From positions 2,910,001-2,942,000 of the forward strand of contig NC_007614.1 in NCBI RefSeq assembly GCF_000196355.1: a stretch of DNA of 32,000 nucleotides, given 5' to 3'. Below are positions 27,723-32,000 of the stretch, piece by piece (the first letter of the stretch is position 1; the number at the start of each line of letters is the position of its first letter). The notes below the pieces were generated by a model, which worked only from the letters and a program-made list of their open reading frames with translations, made no database searches and was not told where the DNA came from. Origin of the DNA: Nitrosospira multiformis ATCC 25196 (GTDB lineage: Bacteria; Pseudomonadota; Gammaproteobacteria; Burkholderiales; Nitrosomonadaceae). The position numbers and the translations under genes are program-made.

Positions 27723-27749
27723 GATCGCTGATGAAAAATCCCTACGCGG

Positions 27750-28217
27750 TCACCCGATCCGTTCCATGACAGCGAGAAGTTCGGTGTCGTCCATTTGCGC
27801 CAGCACGAGGATGCCAGCCCGCAAAATCTGGCTCTTCTTCGCCCGCCGTCCCTGATCCAGACACCGTTTCTTAAGCACGGAAATCTGCTTGTGCTCGTTC
27901 TCAGGGATAGAATAACTGTCGCGTATCCGTTTATTTTTCTTCGGCGTGGGGGTATTGGAAAACTCCCCTGCGTTCGCGTCCATTTCCTTCCCTGATCTTG
28001 CCTCCGCTACGCGCTTCCGCGGTTTGTCTTCTTTCGGGCTGTACTCACCGCTCTTGTCCGATGCCCTCGGCCTGCGAGGTCTGACAACTTCCGCTGGCGT
28101 CTCCGTCGGGGCGGAAGCCAGGGGGTCATTTTGTGATATTGCCGCTTCCTTTGCTGTCCGGCCAGGTTTTCTTGAATTCTGTTTTCTTGAATTCTGCCTG
28201 CCTGCTGCTGACGTCAT
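27750..28217 (-). CDS. Small basic protein with a disordered N-terminal region and a ribbon-helix-helix-like C-terminal domain
   Basis: 155 aa. The K/R/P/S-rich N-terminal 100 aa have no predicted fold. The C-terminus RDSYSIPENEHKQISVLKKRCLDQGRRAKKSQILRAGILVLAQMDDTELLAVMERI fits a strand-helix-helix (RHH) pattern. No family name recognised. Confidence 0.55.
   Translation of the reverse strand: MTSAAGRQNSRKQNSRKPGRTAKEAAISQNDPLASAPTETPAEVVRPRRPRASDKSGEYSPKEDKPRKRVAEARSGKEMDANAGEFSNTPTPKKNKRIRDSYSIPENEHKQISVLKKRCLDQGRRAKKSQILRAGILVLAQMDDTELLAVMERIG
28167..28196. repeat. Perfect 2 x 15-bp tandem duplication inside the RHH-like gene
   Basis: ttttcttgaattctg occurs twice. It is in frame and encodes QNSRK-QNSRK near the N-terminus. 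Confidence 0.9.
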
Positions 28218-28368
28218 GATTTCTCCTGAAAAGGGTCAAGGGGATATACATCCTGAAGCCATAAACAAACGATAGTGCTTCCCTTGATGCAATAGTTACC
28301 AGTCAAACTGGACTGGCAGACGGATACCCCGGAACATCGGGAAACATAAGACTCATCCGCTCGCTTCC

Positions 28369-29046
28369 CTATGGTAGCAGATGCCCGTGGATTTCGCGGC
28401 TGGTGGAAGGTTCCAGATGCCGGGTTTCAAGCTTTTCGCGATAACCTTCGAGCAGATTTTCCATTTCGACGCTCTTCATCCCGGTGAACGGTTCGGCCTC
28501 CAGGATCGCGTTCAGAGGCCCCTTGCTGGTATACCAATCCACCAGCTCGCGCCCGATGCGATAGAGCTCCCCGTTATTCGTTTCACACAGGTTTCTGTGT
28601 TCTCCCTCCTTTGCCAGCGCCGCTGCCGTGATCTTCAGATCCTGTTCCAGCTGTTTGCGCTGGAGATCGAGTTCCTGGTTCTGTTTCTGCGCTTCCTTGA
28701 GTTGGGCGCTCAATTCCGCTTTTTCCCGGCTTGCCGCTTCAATATCCTTTTGGAGGCGAGACGCCTTGGCTGCGGCACTGGCCGCAGACTTTTTATGAGA
28801 CTCCGTTTCCCTGCCGGCATTCTTCAGCGTTTCTTCCAGCGCCGTTTTCTCCTGATCGAGTGCCGATTTCTGCTGCTGCATTTCGTTCAGCTGCTGTTGC
28901 ATGCGCCGCAGCATCTGTCGCTCTTTCTTGGCATTCCTGTCGGCGGCGGTGCCCGCTGTGCCGGCGGAGGGCCAGGAGGCTGCCAACAGAGCAACGATCA
29001 TCCCCCGGACCAGGAGCGGCAGAAGCTTTTTTTTCCGGCGGCTCAT
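28369..29046 (-). CDS. Secreted coiled-coil protein of unknown function
   Basis: 225 aa. Signal-like MSRRKKKLLPLLVRGMIVALLAASWPSAG, about 130 aa of Q/E/K/L heptad-rich sequence, and a small C-terminal globular part. It starts 13 nt after the upstream barrel gene. Confidence 0.6.
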   Translation of the reverse strand: MSRRKKKLLPLLVRGMIVALLAASWPSAGTAGTAADRNAKKERQMLRRMQQQLNEMQQQKSALDQEKTALEETLKNAGRETESHKKSAASAAAKASRLQKDIEAASREKAELSAQLKEAQKQNQELDLQRKQLEQDLKITAAALAKEGEHRNLCETNNGELYRIGRELVDWYTSKGPLNAILEAEPFTGMKSVEMENLLEGYREKLETRHLEPSTSREIHGHLLP

Positions 29047-29059
29047 GATATTCTTTTCT

Positions 29060-30745
29060 TCAGAATCTGGCGTTCAGATCCAGATTGACGGAATCGATCG
29101 ACAGCGGCAATCCGCTGATATTGTCGTATGACATATAGCGAAGTCCCACCCAGGTATTATGGGCTACGCCATACAAACCCTGAATGGTGTAGCCCTTGTG
29201 ATTGGTGCCGCCCAGCAGGTAATTGGAATCGGTAAAGGCGTCCAGCATCGAATCCCGCTCCGACCGGCGGTAAAACCCGAGAACCTGCCACTGATGCCGC
29301 TCGGAAATGACCGGATAACCCACCGTGAGGCGAGCCTGGTATGCATTGATTTCCGGCTTGATATCCTGGCCGGTGCGGGCAAGAATCCTGTCCTGGTCAT
29401 ACCCCACATTGCGCGCATAATCCAGCGTTCCGATTACATGGATAGGCTTGAATCTGGAGTAGTCGGCCACCAGGGTCGCGTTTGCGATCTTGTAATCAGA
29501 AGCCAGGGCCCATAAGTTCGTGGTCGGGTCGCCATCGTTGTCGATGTTGAAAAGACTGTTGCCTTTTTGGCGGAATAACGGGGCAGTCTGGTTGAAAAGG
29601 GTATCGCCGAAGTTGGGATTGCGAACACCACTGATATTTTCAAAATCATAATAAGCTGCCCCCAGCCGGATTTTGGTGTCGGCACCTTCCGGAACCCACT
29701 CTATTCCGGCCTGGGCGCCATAAAACCACTTATCCTTGGCTTTGACCGTCTCGCTTTGATTTATTTTTTGCAATGGAAATATGCCCGCATTGAGAAACGG
29801 CTTGATCGTTCGCTCCTGCTTCTTCCAGGGATGAAGATTGACCGCGAGTCCCTCGAAGTTCACGTCCGCGTCCCACAGCAGGTCCGTATGCACCACGCCA
29901 GCGGTGGGGATGGTGTGGGGCGCTTTCCCGATTGTGCCGGTATATATGTTGCCAACCGTGCCCACGAAGAAAGGATTGGGAAAACGCCCTCCGCTGACAG
30001 TCAGCCAGTCCCAGGGGGAAAGCTTGAGATAAGCCTGATCCAGCACGAAACTGAATTTACTGTTGTAAGTGCCCAGCGTCTGCAAGGTAGAGGTGGGGGA
30101 TCCGCCCATCAAGTCCCCCGTGACGGCCGGCCCGTTGACATTACCGGTGGTCAAGCGAAGCCCCAGATCTACTCCCCGCGTGACATTGGCATTAATCCCG
30201 AGACGCATGCGGATGCGCTCGCGGTGATGACTGTCTTTGGTCGTGTTGTCGATTTGCTGACCGATCGCCTGGAAATTGGCTGCCGGCGCATTGCGGTCAC
30301 CGAAGAAATCCGCCTGCTCGCGCAACCTTATATCCCCTTCCAGGGTAAAGCGATCCAGCCATTCAGGAGTGGCATTTACATTGCCCCAGCGTTCCTGCTT
30401 GGCCTGGCCCACCACTTCCTCGCGCAACTGATCACGAATCTCTTTCTTGATGTGCTCGGGAACGTAAGTCACCCGTACCTCGCCCTTTTTCGGCTCCCCG
30501 GCGGGGGGCTGCCCACCCTGTTCCCGTGCTTGCTGCTGGGAGGCTTTCGCTTTCTGCTCCGCCTTCCTGATCATTTCATCAGCAACCTCCTGCTTGATGA
30601 CGCCCTGCTCCACCAGGAGATGAATCAGGTTCAGGGTAGTCTCATACAGGACTTCTATCTTTTCGTGCTCTTCAGTTTTTGCGTCGACGCTGCCCATGGC
30701 CGCCAAGGCCATGACCGCGCCTGCGAGCATCGCAGGGATTCTCAT
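29060..30745 (-). CDS. Large outer-membrane beta-barrel (putative-porin family) with a charged N-terminal extension
   Basis: 561 aa. Signal MRIPAMLAGAVMALAAMGSVDA. About 100 aa are helical and charged (EQKAKASQQQAREQGGQPPAGEPKKGE). A long alternating-pattern barrel follows, ending LDLNARF with the terminal Phe beta-signal. A ggagaa SD precedes the ATG. The gene starts 15 nt after tonB. Confidence 0.7.
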   Translation of the reverse strand: MRIPAMLAGAVMALAAMGSVDAKTEEHEKIEVLYETTLNLIHLLVEQGVIKQEVADEMIRKAEQKAKASQQQAREQGGQPPAGEPKKGEVRVTYVPEHIKKEIRDQLREEVVGQAKQERWGNVNATPEWLDRFTLEGDIRLREQADFFGDRNAPAANFQAIGQQIDNTTKDSHHRERIRMRLGINANVTRGVDLGLRLTTGNVNGPAVTGDLMGGSPTSTLQTLGTYNSKFSFVLDQAYLKLSPWDWLTVSGGRFPNPFFVGTVGNIYTGTIGKAPHTIPTAGVVHTDLLWDADVNFEGLAVNLHPWKKQERTIKPFLNAGIFPLQKINQSETVKAKDKWFYGAQAGIEWVPEGADTKIRLGAAYYDFENISGVRNPNFGDTLFNQTAPLFRQKGNSLFNIDNDGDPTTNLWALASDYKIANATLVADYSRFKPIHVIGTLDYARNVGYDQDRILARTGQDIKPEINAYQARLTVGYPVISERHQWQVLGFYRRSERDSMLDAFTDSNYLLGGTNHKGYTIQGLYGVAHNTWVGLRYMSYDNISGLPLSIDSVNLDLNARF

Positions 30746-30760
30746 TTCGTTCTCCGGACA

Positions 30761-31438
30761 TCAGGCGCGCGAGGTCACGCGTATTTTTAACGGCTGCGGC
30801 ATGTCTGCCGGCGGACCTTCGCGCAACGCCTTCAAGCTCTGCAGTACATCTTCCAGCAATTCATCAACCCGCGGGTTGCCGGTCTTGTCGACCAGCGCAA
30901 CCCGTGCCACTTTCCCACCGGCATCGATCCACACTTTCACTACTACCCGGTACGTCTTGTCCTTGAGCCCCTGTTCCCGCGATAGCGCATCCTGAAAGGC
31001 GGAATTCACCGCCTCGTTTACTATTGCGTCATACCAGGCCCAAGGATTCCCCCTGGCGCCACCTATTAGATCGGCGCCGCCTTTTTTCCCGACAAGGCCG
31101 AATCCATCGCCATCCCCCGTCCCTTCGGCATCGACCCCCAGATCCGGGCCGGGAGGCGGCTCATCCGCTTTCTCCATGGGTTCGGGGGCAGGATCCGGCA
31201 GCTTCACTTCTTCCTTTACTACAGGTTCGGGCGGCTTCTGCTCCGGGGGCGGAGGGGGAGGAGGCGGAGGCTTGATCAACGTGATTTGCTGTAGCGAACG
31301 CTTCGGGGGCGGCTCATCGCTTCCCAGAAGCCCCTTCAGCCATAATCCCAGCATGATCGCCCCCGCCAGGCAAAGTACAACAACTCCCCATCGTGCCCAG
31401 CCAGGCCAATTGGGCGAATCCGGGCTAGACGCCTCCAT
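30761..31438 (-). CDS. tonB: TonB-family energy transducer
   Basis: N-terminal TM anchor WARWGVVVLCLAGAIMLGLWL, Pro-rich spacer PPPPPPPPPPEQKPPEPVVKEEVKLPDPAPEP, and a C-terminal TonB/TolA-like domain (YRVVVKVWIDAGGKVARVALV). Follows exbD. Confidence 0.8.
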   Translation of the reverse strand: MEASSPDSPNWPGWARWGVVVLCLAGAIMLGLWLKGLLGSDEPPPKRSLQQITLIKPPPPPPPPPEQKPPEPVVKEEVKLPDPAPEPMEKADEPPPGPDLGVDAEGTGDGDGFGLVGKKGGADLIGGARGNPWAWYDAIVNEAVNSAFQDALSREQGLKDKTYRVVVKVWIDAGGKVARVALVDKTGNPRVDELLEDVLQSLKALREGPPADMPQPLKIRVTSRA

Positions 31439-31452
31439 CAGCCGTCATGCCA

Positions 31453-31857
31453 TTACTTCACCAGGCGCTGGGTGACGAGGCCCAGTTGCGTTATATCCAG
31501 TTGCCCGAGTAATTCGAGGACTTCCATCACCTTGCCGTACTGCACCACTGTATCCCCCTTGACTACGACCGGCAGCTCCGGATTGGCTGCTTTCAACTGG
31601 CTCAAACGGGTTTTCAATTCATCCAGTGTTACCGGGTAGGCATCCAGAAAAATCTGTCCGCTCTCGTTGATCGTGATCGCCTTGGTTTGCGGCTTGGCCA
31701 GACTGGGAGAATTACTGGCCTTGGGCAGATTGACCTTTATCCCCTGGACAGATGCTGTTGTCATGATGATGAAAATCACCAGCAAGACATAGGCGAGATC
31801 CAGCATGGGAACGACATTGATTTCGTCGTAAAGCTCGTTTTCTTCCTGAACTTTCAT
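31453..31857 (-). CDS. exbD: Biopolymer transport protein ExbD/TolR
   Basis: 134 aa with EINVVPMLDLAYVLLVIFII and a periplasmic domain containing VVVKGDTVVQYGKVMEVLELL. Confidence 0.92.
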   Translation of the reverse strand: MKVQEENELYDEINVVPMLDLAYVLLVIFIIMTTASVQGIKVNLPKASNSPSLAKPQTKAITINESGQIFLDAYPVTLDELKTRLSQLKAANPELPVVVKGDTVVQYGKVMEVLELLGQLDITQLGLVTQRLVK

Positions 31858-31866
31858 GTCAATCCG

Positions 31867-32000
31867 TCAGCGGCTGTAGTTTTCGGCAAGCTTGGTGATG
31901 AACTCGTCCACGAAAATATGCATCCTGGATACTATGGCCTTGATGCGCGAGGCGAGATAGTTGTAGCCAAAGAGGGATGGAATCGCCACACCCATGCCTG
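31867..32000 (-). CDS. exbB: MotA/TolQ/ExbB proton channel protein; C-terminal fragment, 5' part beyond the window end
   Basis: My reverse-strand translation reads ...GMGVAIPSLFGYNYLASRIKAIVSRMHIFVDEFITKLAENYSR*, with the stop TGA at 31869-31867. Absent from the ORF track because it is open at the window edge. Confidence 0.85.
   Translation of the reverse strand, partial: GMGVAIPSLFGYNYLASRIKAIVSRMHIFVDEFITKLAENYSR

Noticed and set aside
27496-27749. Possible trp attenuator or leader peptide upstream of trpG
   Set aside because: I found no short ORF with tandem Trp codons and no alternative terminator/antiterminator pair followed by a U-run.
29756-30790. 344-aa plus-strand ORF opposite the barrel gene. 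The same applies to 28381-29088, 25894-26739, 24045-24734, 21816-22619, 19820-20674, 14763-15560 and 9062-9583.
   Set aside because: All are antisense to genes with strong family signatures, lack SD sequences and motifs, and several cross intergenic repeats. I treat them as non-coding.
1-32000. Search for tRNA, rRNA, CRISPR arrays, IS elements, prophage or toxin-antitoxin modules
   Set aside because: Every intergenic gap longer than 100 bp was read on both strands. I saw no T-loop GTTCGAATC-type signature, no regularly spaced direct repeats, and no transposase or phage-like ORFs.

Overview
This 32-kb chromosomal window holds about 30 genes, almost all on the minus strand. By protein content it looks like a hopanoid-producing betaproteobacterium, possibly Nitrosomonadales-like; that is inference only. 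Content in order: (i) housekeeping genes metK (open at the window start and absent from the ORF track), dapF, a DUF484 gene, xerC, hslV and hslU. (ii) A compact accessory operon at 8194-10204 with a Sec-secreted 137-aa EF-hand protein, a DUF692 (MNIO) enzyme and a DUF2063 partner, followed co-directionally by a SAM methyltransferase and an HI0933-type flavoprotein. (iii) dksA, pnp and rpsO. (iv) A hopanoid locus hpnH / hpnM-like / hpnN / mlaA-like / shc / hpnG, with two long non-coding gaps. (v) A general porin and trpG-trpD-trpC without trpE. (vi) A small basic ribbon-helix-helix-like protein. (vii) An exbB-exbD-tonB operon (exbB open at the window end) that continues into a large porin-like beta-barrel and a secreted coiled-coil protein. 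The best candidate for a new system is the MNIO RiPP-like operon, because its substrate is a full-size secreted EF-hand protein with a single Cys in an EGNCG motif. I found no rRNA, tRNA, CRISPR array, transposase or integrase other than xerC. Family assignments rest on motif recognition by eye, not database searches.
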